NCBI GenBank assembly: GCA_026770705.1
Contig: JANJGN010000546.1
Location: forward strand, 248,001 to 312,000
Source of the DNA: Isurus oxyrinchus
Taxonomy: Eukaryota
Direction of reading: 5' to 3'
Length of the DNA stretch: 64,000 bases
Program-made: the position numbers and the translations under genes
The notes under the pieces: model-generated
Databases searched by the model: none
Told to the model about the DNA's origin: nothing
The model's input: only the letters and a program-made list of their open reading frames with translations
In this document: in pieces, positions 47,235 through 62,400 of the stretch
Position numbering within the stretch: the stretch's first letter is position 1
Layout: each line of letters opens with the position of its first letter

Positions 47235-49390
47235 TGTGATTAAGAGCTTCCTAACAGACCAAAAAGATATTGAACTCTCTAAAAGTGACCTGTTTTTCAA
47301 AGAAATACGAGATTGTACACAGATCAAAAATGGCTGACACAAGTCATCTGATTGCTGATACTGTGAAGTTGATCACTTCTCTGGAAAGGTTCAAATGAAT
47401 TGCACTGCAGACCTGTTGCATCGAAGTTCATGCCTGGGGTGTGTCAGGATCCACTTCAAACAGGGACACTCTTAAAAGGAAGGCATTAAAATGCAAAGTG
47501 CTGGACTTTGATCAGCTGTAGTTCTATCAAAACAGTGGGAACTGCTCACCAAACAGAGAATCATCAGCCATTCAAAACCCCCTGTGGAGGATGCAATACC
47601 CCCATCTCCTGTTGATTTATATCTTGAAATGCATCAAATGTTTCAGAGATGCAAAGATAAAAAATGGGAATACTTGGTCTATAACAATGAATGCAAAACA
47701 TGCTGAGTGAATTCCCTTCAGGAATATACAGACAGGAGTTTAACAAATGGTTCTGCCAAGCAGATATAAGAGAAAGGAGGAGGAAAAAGAAATATGGCAG
47801 TCTTCCACAAACACTGCTGGAAAAGAGCAGAAATGATTTCTCCCTCTCTCTCTTTCTCTCCCTCTCTGTCACTCTCTCTCTTTCTCTCTCTCTGTCTGAA
47901 GCTAACAGAGTGTCTTCAACAACGTGCAAGTCTGAGCCAAATGAAATACAGGAATCTACAGAAAACCAACTAAATTAAAACAGCTTCAAACTTCACAGCC
48001 TACGCTGCATGTACAAGCAAATGACTCTTAATTTTTTATTGGACTCTATAATNNNNNNNNNNNNNNNNNNNNNNNNNNNNNNNNNNNNNNNNNNNNNNNN
48101 NNNNNNNNNNNNNNNNNNNNNNNNNNNNNNNNNNNNNNNNNNNNNNNNNNNNNNNNNNNNNNNNNNNNNNNNNNNNNNNNNNNNNNNNNNNNNNNNNNNN
48201 NNNNNNNNNNNNNNNNNNNNNNNNNNNNNNNNNNNNNNNNNNNNNNNNNNNNNNNNNNNNNNNNNNNNNNNNNNNNNNNNNNNNNNNNNNNNNNATTATT
48301 TTTTCTCTAGTTAGGTAACTAATAAACTGACTCTTTCTTTGACACAACCAAACGTGGTTTAATTGGTTCATTCTTAACAACCAAAGAGACTTATTTTGGA
48401 AATTGCAATTGGGGGAAAATATATTTTAAACCCTTTTTTCAACCAACCATAATTACCTCTTAAACCTCTTAACCTCATTACTACTGAATTCAAAACCCAC
48501 GTCTCAAAACATACAAGTTGGAAATTAGTTGTGACAGTTGTTTCAAGTTTCCCTCCAGGATTTGAACAGCTCAGCATTTACCATCTGTTATGTCATAACA
48601 GAGCTTCCTTCAAATTAACCAACGTGCCAAAAATGTATTGAACTGTTTAAAGGAGACCTGTTTTTCAAAAGTACAAGATTAGGCACTGATCAAAAATGGC
48701 TGTCACGAGTCACCTGATTGCTGATACTGCAAACTTGATCACTTCTCTGGAAAGCTTCAAATGAATTGCACTACAGACATGTTGCATGAAAGTTCTCACT
48801 GAGGTGTGTCAGGGTCCACTTGAAACAGGGGCTCCCTTAAAAATGCAAAGCGCTGGACTCTGATCACTGTAGGTCTATCAAGGTAATGGGAACTGCTCAC
48901 CATGCAGATATTCATCAACCGTTCAACACCCCTTGTGGAGGATGAAATGTCTCCATCTCCTGTTGATTTATATCTTGAAAAGCATCAAATGTTTCAGAGA
49001 TACAAAGATCAAAAATGGGATTACTTGGTCTGTAACAATGAATGACAGACAGGCTGATCAAATTCCCTTTTGGGAATATACAGACAGGAGTTTAACAACA
49101 GGTTCTGTCAAGCAGATATAAGAGAAAGTACGAGGAAAAAGAAAGATGGCAGTCACCCAAAAACACTGCTGGAAAAGAGCAGAAATTCTCTCTCTCTCTC
49201 TCTCTCTTTCTGAAGCTAACAGAGCATCTTCAACAAAGTGCAAATCTGAATCAAATCACCACAAAGATGCCACAGGAAACCAATTAACCTTGAACAGCTG
49301 CAACCTTCAACAATCTACACCTCAAAGACAAGCAAAGATGTTAACCATATATTCTTTTAATTTTTTATTGGACTCTAACTTTTTAATTAT
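47235..49390 (+). repeat. Two diverged direct copies of an LTR-like repeat (~47240-48050 and ~48600-49390) around an N gap (48053-48294)
   Basis: Shared blocks such as gatcaaaaatggctg...ctgattgctgatactg...ttgatcacttctctggaaag and ttttttattggactct. First copy ends ...tgtcataaca. Confidence 0.65.
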
Positions 49391-50061
49391 GACATGTGTG
49401 TCTGTGTGAGTGTGTGTGTGTATCTGTGTGAGTGTGTGTGTGTATCTGTGTGAATGTGTGTGAACGTGTGTGTGTGTGTACCTGTGTGCATGTGTATTGC
49501 TGCATCTTTATTATAAATGTTATTTAAAAATAGTGATCACACAAGCCTGGTTTCTAATAAAATGAAACTGCAAACAATTTACAGTAAAGTGAAACGTACA
49601 GGAATAATCTATTTTGAGCTGATGATATATAATTATACATGATGCATGTTGCTAATTTCAAACATCATCTGAAATATGGTAGGTCTGACAGAGCAGCTTT
49701 TCCTCAGTGCTCAGCCTCCGACAGTGCAGCACTCCCTCAGTACTGACCCTCTGACAGTGCAGCACTCTCTCAGTACTGACCCTCTGACAGTGCAGCATTT
49801 CCTCAGCGCTCAGCCTCCGACAGTGCAGCACTCCCTCATCACTGGCCCTCTGACAGTGCAGGACTCCCTCAAAAATTAAAAGAATATATGGTTAACACCT
49901 TTGCTTGTCTTTGAGGTTGTTGAAGGTTGCAGCTGTTCAAGGTTGATTGGTTTCCTGTGGCATCTTTGTGGTGATTTGATTCAGATTTGCACTTTGTTGA
50001 AGATAATTGTATCTCACAGATGGTGCGGTCATACTGCCAGAGTCCAGGTGTACACAGTATC

Positions 50062-51460
50062 TGACCAAAACAAAAACAGAATTAGCTGGAAAAACTCAGC
50101 AGGTCTGGCAGCATCGGCGGAGAAGAAAAGAGTTGATGTTTCGAGTCCTCATGACCCTTCAACTGAACTAGGTGAGTCCAAGGAGAAGGGTGAAATATAA
50201 GCTGGTTTAAGGTGTGTGTGTGTGGGGGGTGGGGTGGGGTGGGGGTGGGGGGGCAGCGGGGTTGGGTGGAGGGAGAGAAGTGGAGAGGGTTGGTGTGGTT
50301 GTAGGGACAAACAAGCAGTGATAGAAGCAGATCATCAAAAGATGTCACAGACAACAGAACAAAAGAACACATAGGTGTTAAAGTTAAAGTTGGTGATATT
50401 ATCTAAACGAATGTGCTAATTAAGAATGGATGGTAGGGCACTCAAGGTACAGCTCTAGTGTGGGTGGGGGGAGCATAAAATATTTAAAAATAATGGAAAT
50501 ATCCTCAACCCCCTCCTATGGCACCTCCCCATGCCCACGCAATAGATGCAACACCTGCCCCTTCACTTCCTCTCTCCTCACCGTCCAAGGGCCCAAACAC
50601 TCCTTTCAAGTGAAGCAGCATTTCACTTGCATTTCCCCCAACTTAGTCTAGTGTATTCGTTGCTCCCAATGTGGTCTCCTCTACATTGGAGAGACCAAAC
50701 GTAAACTGGGCGACTGCTTTGCAGAACACCTGCGGTCTGTCCACAAGAATGACCCAGACCTCCCTGTCGCTTGCCATTTTAACACTCCACCCTGCTCTCT
50801 TGCCCACATGTCTGTCCTTGGCCTGCTGCACTGTTCCAGTGAAGCCCAACGCAAACTGGAGGAACAACACCTCATCTTCCGACCAGGCACCTTACAGCCT
50901 TCCCGACTGAATATTGAGTTCAACAACTTTAGGTCTTGACCTCCCTCCCCCATCCCCACCCCCTTTCTGTTTCTTCCTCCTTGCTTTTGTTTTTTCCAAT
51001 AAATTATATAGATTTTTCTTTTCCCACCTATTTCCATTATTTTTAAATATTTTTAAATCTTTTATGCTCCCCCCACCCCCACAAGAGCTGTACCTTAATT
51101 CCCCAACCATCCATTCTTAATTAGCACATTTGTTTAGATATATATCACCTACTTCAACACCTCTGTGTTCTTTTGTTCTGTTGTCTGTGACATCTTTTGA
51201 TGATCTGCTTCTATCACTGCTTGTTTGTCCCTACAACAACACCCCCCTCTCCACTTCTCAGCCCCCACCCAACCCCGCTGCCCTCCCCCCACCCCCCCAA
51301 CACACATACACACCCCTTAAACCAGCTTATATTTCACCCCTTCCTTGGACTCACCTAGTTCTGTTGAAGGGTCATGAGGACTCGAAACGTCAACTCTTTT
51401 CTTCTCCACCGATGCTGCCAGACCTGCTGAGTTTTTCCAGGTAATTCTGTTTTTGTTTTA
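50062..51460 (+). mobile_element. Penelope-like element with inverted terminal arrangement
   Basis: GIY-YIG fragment (CIRCSQCGLLYIGETKRKLGDCFAEHLRSV) at ~50500-50940. 50062-50500 is the reverse complement of ~51030-51460. Confidence 0.88.
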
Positions 51461-51469
51461 GGTTTAATA

Positions 51470-53438
51470 CATGATCTCAGAATAAATGATCCCCTGGAAA
51501 ACAGTGACCATAACCTGGTAGAATTTAGCATTCCCTCTGAGACTGAGAAACTTGGGTCGGAAGCAACTGTGCTGGACTTAAATAAGTGTAATTACAAAGG
51601 AATAAGGACAGGGTTGTCTGGAGTGGACTGGGAAAGGGGTTTAGCAGAAAAGATGGAGGATGAACAATGGCAGATCTTTAAGAAAATAGCTCATGACTCA
51701 CAACAAAGATATATCCCAGTGAGGAAGAAGGATTGTAGGAAGAGAATAAACCAACCTGGGTTACCCAAAGAAGTTAAGGTGTGTGTCAAATTGAAAGAGA
51801 AACCATGCAATATGGTTAGTGGTAAGCCAGAGGATTGGGAACGTTTTAAAAACCAACAGAAGATGACCAAAAAATAAATAAAGAGGCAGAAAACTATGTA
51901 AACTAGCAAATTATTAAAAAAAGGACAGTAAAAGCTTCTTTAAGTATATAAAAAGGGAGAGAGAGACCAAAGTGAACATGGGCCCCTTAGAGAACTAGGC
52001 TGGGGAAATAATAATGAGGAGCCAGGAAATGACAGAGGAGTTGAATAAATACTTTGCATCAGTCTTCACGGTAGAACACACTAATAGCATTCCAAAAATA
52101 CTAAATAATCAAGGGGCAAAAGGGGGGTGGGGAGAGGAAATAAATACAATAACTATCACTAGAGAGTAATACTAGGGAAACTCATGGGTCTCAAGTCTGA
52201 TAGGTCCCCTGGACCTGATAGGTTGCATCTTAGGATATTAAAGGAAGTAGATGCAGAGATAGTGGATGTACTGGTTTTAATCTTCCAAGAATCCTTAGAT
52301 TCTGGGCAAGTCCCAGAGGATTGGAAATCTGCCAAAGTAACACCCATATTCAAAAAGGGAGGGAGACAACAAACAGGTAACTATAGGCCAGTGAGCTTAA
52401 CATCTGTCATTGGGAACATGTTAGAGTCCATTATAAAGGATGTAATAGCAGACTATTTAGAAATGCATAATTTAATCACACACAGGCTTCATGAAGGGGA
52501 AATCATGCATGACAAATTTATTAGAATTCTTTGAGGAGGTAACAAACAGGATAGATAAAGGGGAGCCAGTAGATGCAATATATTTGGATTTCCAAAAGTC
52601 GTTCAGTAAAGTATCACATATAAGGCTACTTAATAAGATAAGAGCCCATGGTGTTGGGGGCAGTATATTAGCATGGATAGAGGATCGGCGAACTAATAGA
52701 AGTCAGAGAGTTGAGATAAGGGGGGCATTTTCAGGATGGCAACCTCTGGATTGCCACAGGGATCAGTGCTGTTAATAGGGAAGGCAGGTGGAATGTTGGC
52801 CTTTATTTCAAAGGGAATGGAGTATAAAAATAGGGAAGCCTTGCTAAAACTGTACAAGGCACTAGTTAGACCACACCTAGAATACTGTGAGCAGATTTGG
52901 TCCCCTTATCTAAGGAAAGATGTACTGGTATTGGAGGCAGTCCAGAGAAGGTTCACTAGGTTGATCCCAGTAATGGAGGGATTTTCATATGAGAAGAGGT
53001 TGAGTAGGATGGGCCTGTACTCATTGGAGTTTAGGAGAATGAGAGCTGACCTTATTGAAACATATAAGATTCTTAGGCGCTTGACAGGGTAGATGCTGAG
53101 AGGTTGTTTCCCCTTGTGGGAGAGTCTAGGACCAGAGGGCTTAATCTCAGAGTAAGGGGTCACCCATTTAAGACAGAGATGAGGAGTTTCTTCTCTCAGA
53201 GGGTAGTGAATGTGTGGAATTCTTTACTGCAGAGAGCTGCAGAGGCTGGGTCATTAATTATATTCAAGGCTGAGATACACAGTTTTTTAATCAGTCAGGG
53301 AATCAAAGGCTATGGGGAAGAGGCAGGAAAGTGGAGTTCAGGATTGTCAGATCAGCCATAGTGTCATTGAATGGCGGAGCAGAGTTGATTGGCCGAATGA
53401 CCTCCTTCTGCTCTGACGTCTTGTGGTCTTATGGTCTT
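51470..53438 (+). mobile_element. CR1 LINE ORF2 with internal deletion and intact 3' end
   Basis: KSDRSPGPDRLHLRILKE, GNYRPVSLTSVIG, DAIYLDFQKSF; PQGSVL joins directly to GKAGGMLAFISKG (RT core deleted). Ends in (tcttatgg)-type repeats. Confidence 0.92.
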
Positions 53439-53439
53439 A

Positions 53440-56400
53440 TCACCCTCCAACAGTGCAGAGCTCCCTAATTACTGACCCTCCGACATTGCAGCACTCCCTC
53501 AGTACTGACCCTCCGACAGTGCAGCACTCCCTCAGTACTGACCCTCTGACAGTGCAGCACTCCCTCAGTACTGTTCCTCCAACAGTGCAGCACTCCCTCA
53601 GTACTGATTCTCTGACAGTGAAGTACTTGCTCAGTACTGACTATGCGGCAGTGCAGCTTTCACAGTACCTGCCCTCCAACAGTGCAGCAGGTCATCAGTA
53701 CTCACGCTCCAAGAGGGCAGCTCTCCCTCAGTACTGACCCTCTGACAGTGCAGCACTACCTCAGTACTGACCCTCCAACAGTGCAGCACTCCATCAGTAC
53801 TGACCCTCCAAAAGTACAGCACTCCCTCAGTACTGAACTGAAGTGTCTGACTGAATTAAGTGCTTTGTGGTGAAGGAACCTACACTGATATCACACCTTT
53901 CACATTCTCAGGGTCTCTCAAAGTGTTTCACAGTCAATGTAAGTAACTGATCAGACACACCACAGAATCTCTCAATTAATTCTCTTGATATGATTAACGC
54001 TTCATCGATCAATATAATTGAGGGGAATTCGGCAGTGATAATCTGCTCTGTCGAGAGCTTCCCAGCTTCTAACCTGACGTGGCGACATCTTAATGTCCCA
54101 ATGAACAGAACAAGTTCCAACAATGAGCTGTGGTTGGTGATTCCTCAGGTTACATCCAGGGACACTGGAGACTATCAGTGTGTGGCAGAGAATGAACATG
54201 GAGCAGTGGAGGGATTACACAGAATTGAACGTTCTCTTGTTATTAGCTCATGGGATGTGGGCATTGTTGACAAGACCAGAAATTATTGCCCATCTGTAAC
54301 TGCCCCTTGAGAAGGTGGTGGTGAGCTGCCTTCTTTAACCAAAGCAGTCCATGTGGTGTAGGCACACCCACAGTGCTGTTAGGGAGGGAGTTCCAGGATT
54401 TTGTCCCAGTGATGGTGAAGGAACGGCCGATATAGTTCCAAGTCCAGGGCAGACCACCACCTCAAGTTCGCTTCCAAATCACACACCATACTGACTTGGA
54501 ACTGTCTCAGCGGAAGAGGTTAAGAGTTTGGAAGGTGCTGTCGAAGGAGCCTTGGTGAGTTGCTGCAGCGCATCTTGTAGATGGTTCACACACTGCTGCC
54601 ATTGTGTGCCAGAGATGTAGGTATGAATGTTTATGCTGGTGGATGGGCTGTCGATCAAACAAGCTGCTCCAGGATGGTGTCGAGCTTCTTGAGTGTTGTT
54701 GGAGCTGCACTTATCCAGCCAAGTGGAGATTATTCCATCACACTCCTGACTTGTACCTGGTCGATGGTGGGCAGGCTTTGGGGAGTCAGGAGTTGAATTA
54801 CTCACCACAGAGTTCCCAGACTCATACTCGCATTTGTAGCCACATTATTTCCTGTTGCTGGGTTGTTGCCAGGGCCAATAGCCTTTGCTGTATCCAGTAT
54901 CATCAGCTGATTCCTGATGTCACGTGGAGTCAATCGAATTGTCTGAAAGCTGACATCTGTGATGCTAGGACCCTCTGGAGGAGGCCGAGATGGATCATCC
55001 ACTCAGCACTTCTGGCTGAACATGGTTGCCAATGCTTCAGCCTTGTCGTTTGCACTGATGTGCTGAGCTCCCCCATCATTAAGGATGGGGATATTTGTGG
55101 AACATCCTCCTCCTGTTAGATCTTTAATTGTCCATCACCATTCATGACTGGATGTGGCAGGACTGCAGAGCTTAGATCTTACCCGTTGGTTGTGGGATCG
55201 CTTTGCTCTGTCTATAGCATGTTGTTTCCGCTGTTTGGTGTGTATGAAGTCCTGTGTGTCACCTCAGCAGCTTGGCACCTCTGTTATATGTGAATCCTCC
55301 TTATAGAAACCTGCATGTACATGGATATTATCAATAAATATTACATAGATAAATGTTATTTGTATAGACCTTTCATGCATAGACAATATCACTTCACAAG
55401 TTCAGAATTACTACATGTACACAGGGAACCATTCTCAAACTGTACCGGAGTCATTCATTGGCTGATTTTACAGGGCGAGATTCCAATAATGGAAAGCAGG
55501 ATTGCTTGGAGCTGGAATCTGTTTGAGTGTTGGACTGAGTGGATTCTTCATCTTCAAGTGTGTGAGAAAGTAAGTGTGAAGGTTTAATTGGTTGTTTTTG
55601 AAAATGTTTTCTTCAAACTTCTCTCCTTATAGAAAGAACTTGCATTTCTATAACACCTTTTACAATCCAAAACCCTTCACAGCCCCTGAAGAGTTTTGAT
55701 GTTCACCTACTGTTTAACATCTCATCCAACATTCACTGTTTCACAACTCAGACCTGTAATTGGCAGTGTTGACCTGGACCATAAGATACTTTGTGACCTA
55801 CTGAGGATGTGAAAGGTGCTATATAAATGAAAACCTTTCTTTTGTTAGTGAATGCAATCTCTTTCCTTTTTCCATGTTTCATTCACTCTCTCTTACCTCC
55901 ACTAATGCTCTCCTTCTCATTCTCTCTCTCATTCACTCTCTCTCCAATCTCCACTAGCTCTCCTTCTCATTCTCTCCCTCATTCACTCTCTCTCCTATCT
56001 CCACTAATGCTCTCCTTCTCATTCTTTCTCTCGTCCTCTTACACGTTGTTCAGTCTCTCACATTTTTAAGGAGCGCTGAGCAACATCTGCTCCTTCAGAA
56101 GATCCACCTCAACACCTGGAGTGAGCAGTGAATTGAAACTCGCTCAACGACTGTTCAGCTTTACACAGGAATCACGTCAGAGTCAGGACACAAAGGGTTA
56201 ACAGTTTGCTTACAACACAACACTAAGTCCCTACGTTTCAATGAAAGGGTTTTCACAATTGTTCCCCAATTCCTGATTTGACTCACAGAGACACATGCAC
56301 CCTTTCTAATTAAATACACAGAGGGAGCAGCACAGGGAGAGGTCATTCAGCCCAAGCAGAGCGTGTGGGCAGTTCCTCCCCAGGCGAGCAGTCGGACAGG

Positions 56401-59400
56401 TCCTGGGTAAGTAACGGAACGATTGGAATTCACTTCCACCACCAACACCGTCCTTTGTTGATGTTGTGACTTTATAAAGACAGATTCCAATGATTGATGC
56501 CTTTGAAAGATTTCTACTGATGATTGAGATCTGGGTGTGAGGCTCAAGTCTGTTGTACAGAACATCTTTCTGGTTAAATTATGCAGACAGGTTACACACA
56601 GTCTACGATTATATTCCCTCGGGTCTAGAAGATTAAGAAGGGATCTAATTGAACGGTTCAAACTGATTAAACACTCGATAGGGTCGATAGAGAGAAGCTA
56701 TTCCCTCGGGTGGGGGTGGGTGGTGGGTGTCGGGTGGAGTCCAGAACAAGGGGGCCGGAACTTCAGATTGGAGCCAGGCCGTTCAGGGGTGATGTCAGGA
56801 AGCACTTCTTCACACAAAGGGGAGTGGAAATCTGGAACTCTCTCCCCAATAATCAAACCCAACACCGAATACACATCATGTTGATAGTCACTCTGTCCAT
56901 TTCCATCTCTATTACAGAAGAGAGGCGAGAGGAAAGCAGGAATCAAATCAAACCACCGTGTTGATGAATATCGAGGTCCTGTTTATGAAAACTGTGAGCG
57001 TGGTTGGGCTTTGAGGAATCAGGTGAGTCACACACCACAGGATCCCCAGCCTCTTAGCTGCTCCAGTAGCCTGGTTATTGATATGGCTGCTCCAGTCCTG
57101 TATCTGCAATGTTTTATACAGTCACTCCCAAACCCAACCAAACTCACACCCAACACCAGTCAGAATCAATAATCAAACCCCGTTCAGTATCAATAATCAA
57201 ACCCTGTTCAGAATCAATAATCAAACCCCGTTCAGTATCAATAACCAAACCCCGTTCAATATGAATAATCAAACCCCATTCAGAATGAATAATCACACCC
57301 CGTTCAGTATCAATAATCAAACCCCGTTCAATATCAATAATCAAACCCCATTCAGTATCAATAATCAAACCCCGATCAGTATCAATAATCAAACCCCGAT
57401 CAGTATCAATAATCAAACACCGTTCAGTATCAATAATCAAACCCCGATCAGTATCAATAATCAAACCTCGTTCAGTATCAATAATCAAACTCCGTTCAGA
57501 ATCAATAATCAAACCCCGTTCAGTATCAATAATCAAACTCCGTTCAGAATCAATAATCAAACTCCATTCAGTATCAATAATCAAACCCAGTTCAGAATCA
57601 ATAATCAAACCCCGTTCAGTATCAATAATCAAACCCCGTTCAGAATCAATAATCAAACCCCGTTCAGTATCAATAATCAAACCCCGTTCAGTATCAATAA
57701 TCAAACCCCGTTCAGAATTAATAATCAAACCCCGTTCAGAATCAATAATCAAACCCCGATCAGTATCAATAATCAAACCCCGTTCAAAATCAATAATCAA
57801 ACCCTGTTCAGAATCAATAAACAAACCCCGTTCAGAATCAATAATCAAACCCCGTTCAGAATTAATAATCAAACCTCGTTCAGTATCAATAATCAAACCC
57901 CGTTCAGAATCAATAATCAAACCCCGTTCAGTATCAATAATCAAACTCCGTTCAGTATCAATAATCAAACCACGTTCAGTATCAATAATCAAACCCTGTT
58001 CAGTATCAATAATTAATGTATCTATTGTGGGTGGAATTTTCGATTTGGATCAATAATACTAAACACTGATCACTCTGATTGTCACTCTGATCATTTCTGT
58101 TTCTATTACAGAAGAAAGATGAGAAGGATCTGGAAATGAAATCTAACCGCGGAGTCAATCCTGATACAGATGATGATCTTTACGCAAACTGTGAATTTGC
58201 TGAGGATTCTGTTTATGGGAATTTATAAACTGAGCAAGAATGAGACACACACAGTGTGGGGAGAATACAGAATGGGAGAATCATTCAAAACTCCAATTTA
58301 CCTTCCTAATATCCACAGGAACTCACTCCCAGGAAATAGATTTAAACCTCTTGTTACAATCTGATGGAATTTCTTCGGAATGATCTATCCAGGATGATTG
58401 TCTGTGGGTTTCAATTTGAACATCCTCCTTCAGAATTGTCCCTCCCTGTTGGAAACATCCTTCTCTCCATTCTGATTGTAAATGTCTTTAGATATCGTTC
58501 GATGATGTACCAGGACAGAACGGACAAATTCAATCCCGTGTCCATGATTATGAGTTAATTTTCATTCTGTTATTCACCTTCCTGTCTGTCAGTGTTTACA
58601 GAATATTCATCAGCCAGTGTAGACTTCAGGAAATGCAGGATCGGTGGATAATTGGAGCAGAGGAGATTGGCAAAATTTACTCAGCATTTTGTAATCAAAT
58701 GTATTTTCAGATATATATTTGGATTTTACACTTCATCGTTAAACAGCAAAACTAACAGCAATCTGGGAAACAGGGAAACAATTTGTTTGGAGATTTGAGA
58801 AGTTCTCTGCAGCTCAGAGGATAACAGATGTGCTACAGTGCCACCACTGGTGGCAGGACATCATTTCAGCGTGACATGTTTACATTGATGTTGCCAATGA
58901 ACATAGGAAATTATGATGTGAAAAATTGGTTGCAGGTTTACCTTCTTCAATATGTCATGGATGGATGAGACAGCTTTGATAACAGAATGAGATATAGCTG
59001 CAATAAACCTCAATTTTAGTCTTTCACACTTGGAGAGTACAATTAGCATCCATTCTGATGGCTGAGTGGATGGCTGGACTGTGCGATGTGTTACAGATTA
59101 CAGAGACCAACATCCTTGATCCTGGTTCTGCTCTGTGTTTGATGACATTCTTGGATAAAAGATTGGGAAAATAAATAATCCTCCTGCATTGATCTGTAAC
59201 TGGTCTCTCCATCTGTCAATGTCCTGAGGACAGAATTGGGTTTGAGGTCCAAAATCAGACGCATACCTTGACTGCCCATTGAATAGGAACAGGAGGAGGC
59301 CATTCAGCCTCCTCGAACCTGCTACACAGGAACAAGAGAGCACCTGAAATAAAAACAGAAAATGCTGGAGAAACTGAGTCGGTCTGGCAGCATCTGTGCA

Positions 59401-62400
59401 GAGATAAACAGAATTAACATTTCGAGTCCGTATGACCCTTCTTCAGAGTCTATAAGCAAAAACTCTGTTTCTCTCTCCACAGCTGCTGCCAGACCTGCTG
59501 AGCTAAGGCAGCATTTTCCGTTTTTATTGAAGATTTACAACATCTGCAGTATTTATTTTTAATGAGAGGAGGACATTCAGCCCCGCGACCCTGTTACACA
59601 GGAACAGGAGGAGGCCATTCACCCTCCTCGAGCCTGTTACACAGGAACAGGAGGAGGCCATTCAGCCCCTCGAGCCTATTACACAGGAACAGGAGGAGGC
59701 CATTCAGCCCCTCAAGCCTGTTATACAGGAACAGGAGGAGGCCCATTCAGCCCCTCGAGCCTGTTACACAGCAACAGGAGGAAGCCCATTCAGCCCCTCG
59801 AGCCTGTTACACAGCAACAGGAGGAGGCCCATTCAGCCCCTCGAGCCTGTTACACAGCAACAGGAGGAGGCCCATTCAGCCCCTCGAGACTGTTACACAG
59901 GAACAGGAGGAGGCCCATTCAGACCTTCAAGCCTCTAACACCAGAACGGAAGGAGGTCATTTCAGCCCCATGAGCTTGATGAACAGGAACAGGAGGAGGT
60001 CCATTAAGCCCCTCAAGTCAGTTACATAGGAACAGGAGAAGTCTCATTTAGCCACACGAGCATCTTATGTAAGAACATGAGGGGACCCAAACAGCCCCTC
60101 AAGCATGTTACACAAGAAACGGAGGAGGATGTTCATTCAGTCCCTCGAGGCAGTTTTACAGGAACAGGAGGAGGCCCATTCAGCCACACAAGCCTCTTAC
60201 ACAGGAACAGGAGGAGGCCCATTCAGCCCCCTCGAGCCTGTTACACAGGAACAGGAGGAGGCCCGTTCAACCACCTCGAGCTTGTTGCATGTGAACAGTC
60301 GATGGCCCTTCAGCCACATTCTTGGCACGCAAAGGGTTAACAGTTTTCTAACTGTGTGAGGCAAAGAGTTGCTTTCTAACTTGGTACTAACCACTTCCTC
60401 ATTTTGTCTCACAGTGACACATCAACCCTTTCTAATTAAACACAAATAGGGAGCAGCACAGGAAGAGGTCATTCAGCCCAAGCAGAGCGTGTGGGCAGTT
60501 CCTCCCCAGGCGAGCAGTCGGACAGGTCCTAGGTAAGTAACGGAACGATTGGAATTCACTTCCACGACCAACACTGTCCTTTGTTGATGTTGTGACTTTA
60601 TAAAGACAGATTCCAATGATTGATGCCTTTGAAAGATTTCTACTGATTATTGAGATCTGGGTGTGAGGCTCAAGTCTGTTGTACAGAACATCTTTCTAGC
60701 TCAAGGGATGAGGGAAGTGCAGGGACATGAGCTTTGGGGTGTCCTGAGCAGGTAAAAGGTGATATAGAAATGCAAGTCCTTCATTGTTTTACTTTCTTAA
60801 AGCCTTATAACTCTCTGCAGAGCAACTATCATCCCACAGAGAATGAAATTAGTCTGTGAAGACATTGTCTAAAAGCAGTTCCGATCTCTCGAGAGGTGTC
60901 GGACAAGAGGTGAGGTCTCGTTAACTCATTTCTCTTTCACAGCTTGAGAACCAATGAAATACCTGGGAGTGTACAATGATCAGGAAATATTACTTCCTCC
61001 TGTCACTTCTCCAAGGTAATATCATTGTCAGCTCTGACAGATTTATGGCTAATCACCTTTGTAAAACATAATTCTTATTGAGCTCTGATTGGGAACAGAT
61101 TCAGCAGTGAGCCAGTGTACAATCTCACACCAAGTCCCATTCACCCATCACCCCTGTGCTCACTGATATACACTGACTCCCTGTCTGACAGCAGAATTGG
61201 AGGAGAGCAGAGGACTTTGAGGTTTGCATGGTTGGAGGAGAAAGTGATTGGAGAAGAGGAATGGAGGGAATGGAAATTGAGGATGAGAGTCTTAAACTCG
61301 AGGCTCTGCTGGACTGGGAGCCAGTGCAGGTCAGCGAGTGGCAGAGGGTGTGAGGTGTTGAGTCGAGAAACAGTGATAAATACTGGGGGATGAAGTCTAT
61401 CCTGATGCTTGGACTCTGATAGCAAAGGAATGAAATTTGTGTCTTTTCCTGATTTTAATCAGAATTTCCCATGAAGACAACACAGCAGCTCCTAGAATAG
61501 ACAGGCTGTTCAGTGTCACACTTCCTGTCCATTCTCACCTTGCTAGATACTTCAATAAGGGAGCAAGATAACTGAAAGAGAGAAGGAAGGTAAAGCTGTC
61601 CGTGTGTAAAGGTGTCAATATTCAGTTTGCATATTTGTCTTTCACTCGACACATGCAGAGCTCAGGCTAGAGGCACTTTGTTAGTGTGTTTCACAGTGTC
61701 TGCTGGAGTAGGGTCAGTGCTGAGCTTGGGGACAAGTCAGTCTACAATGCTGCATCGGAATCAACAATACAACAATATGGGGTTTGGATCAGAAATAATC
61801 CCTTAGACAATGAGGATCCAAAGAGATTCCATAGACAATGAGGATCCAAAGAGATTCCTTAGTCAATGAGGATCCAAAAAGATTCCTTAGACAATGAGGA
61901 TCCAAAGAGATTCCTCAGACAATGAGGATCCAAAGAGATTCCTTAGACAATGAGGATCCAAAGAGATTCCTTAGACAATGAACATACAAAGTGCACCAAT
62001 CAGATTGAATCAGATTAACCAATCAGCTGTGTTGAAGAGCAGACAGGAATGTTAGGCTAATTAGTGATTCATGACGGTGATAATGGGGGGAGTTCTGAGG
62101 GCTCCTAATCCATTGTCCTGTCTTGTAAATCAGCACCTTAATACTGACCCTCCAACAGTGCAGCACTCCCTCAGTACTGATCCTCCAACATTGCAGCACT
62201 CCCTGATTAATGTCCCTCTGACAGTGCAGCAATCCCTCAGTACTGACCCTCAAACAGTGGAGATCTCCCTCAGTACTGACCTTACAATAGTGAAACACTC
62301 GCTCAGTAATGACCATCCAACAGTGTAGCACTTGCTCAGTACTGACACTGGGGAGTTTCAGTCTACTGTGTGGGGCAGAGGTCCCCTGAATCAGGTCTTG

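Noticed and set aside
53990-54310. Secreted single-Ig protein from read-through of gene C's C2 exon
   Set aside because: No leader, damaged acceptor, the G strand is deleted, and the extension is LINE-derived.
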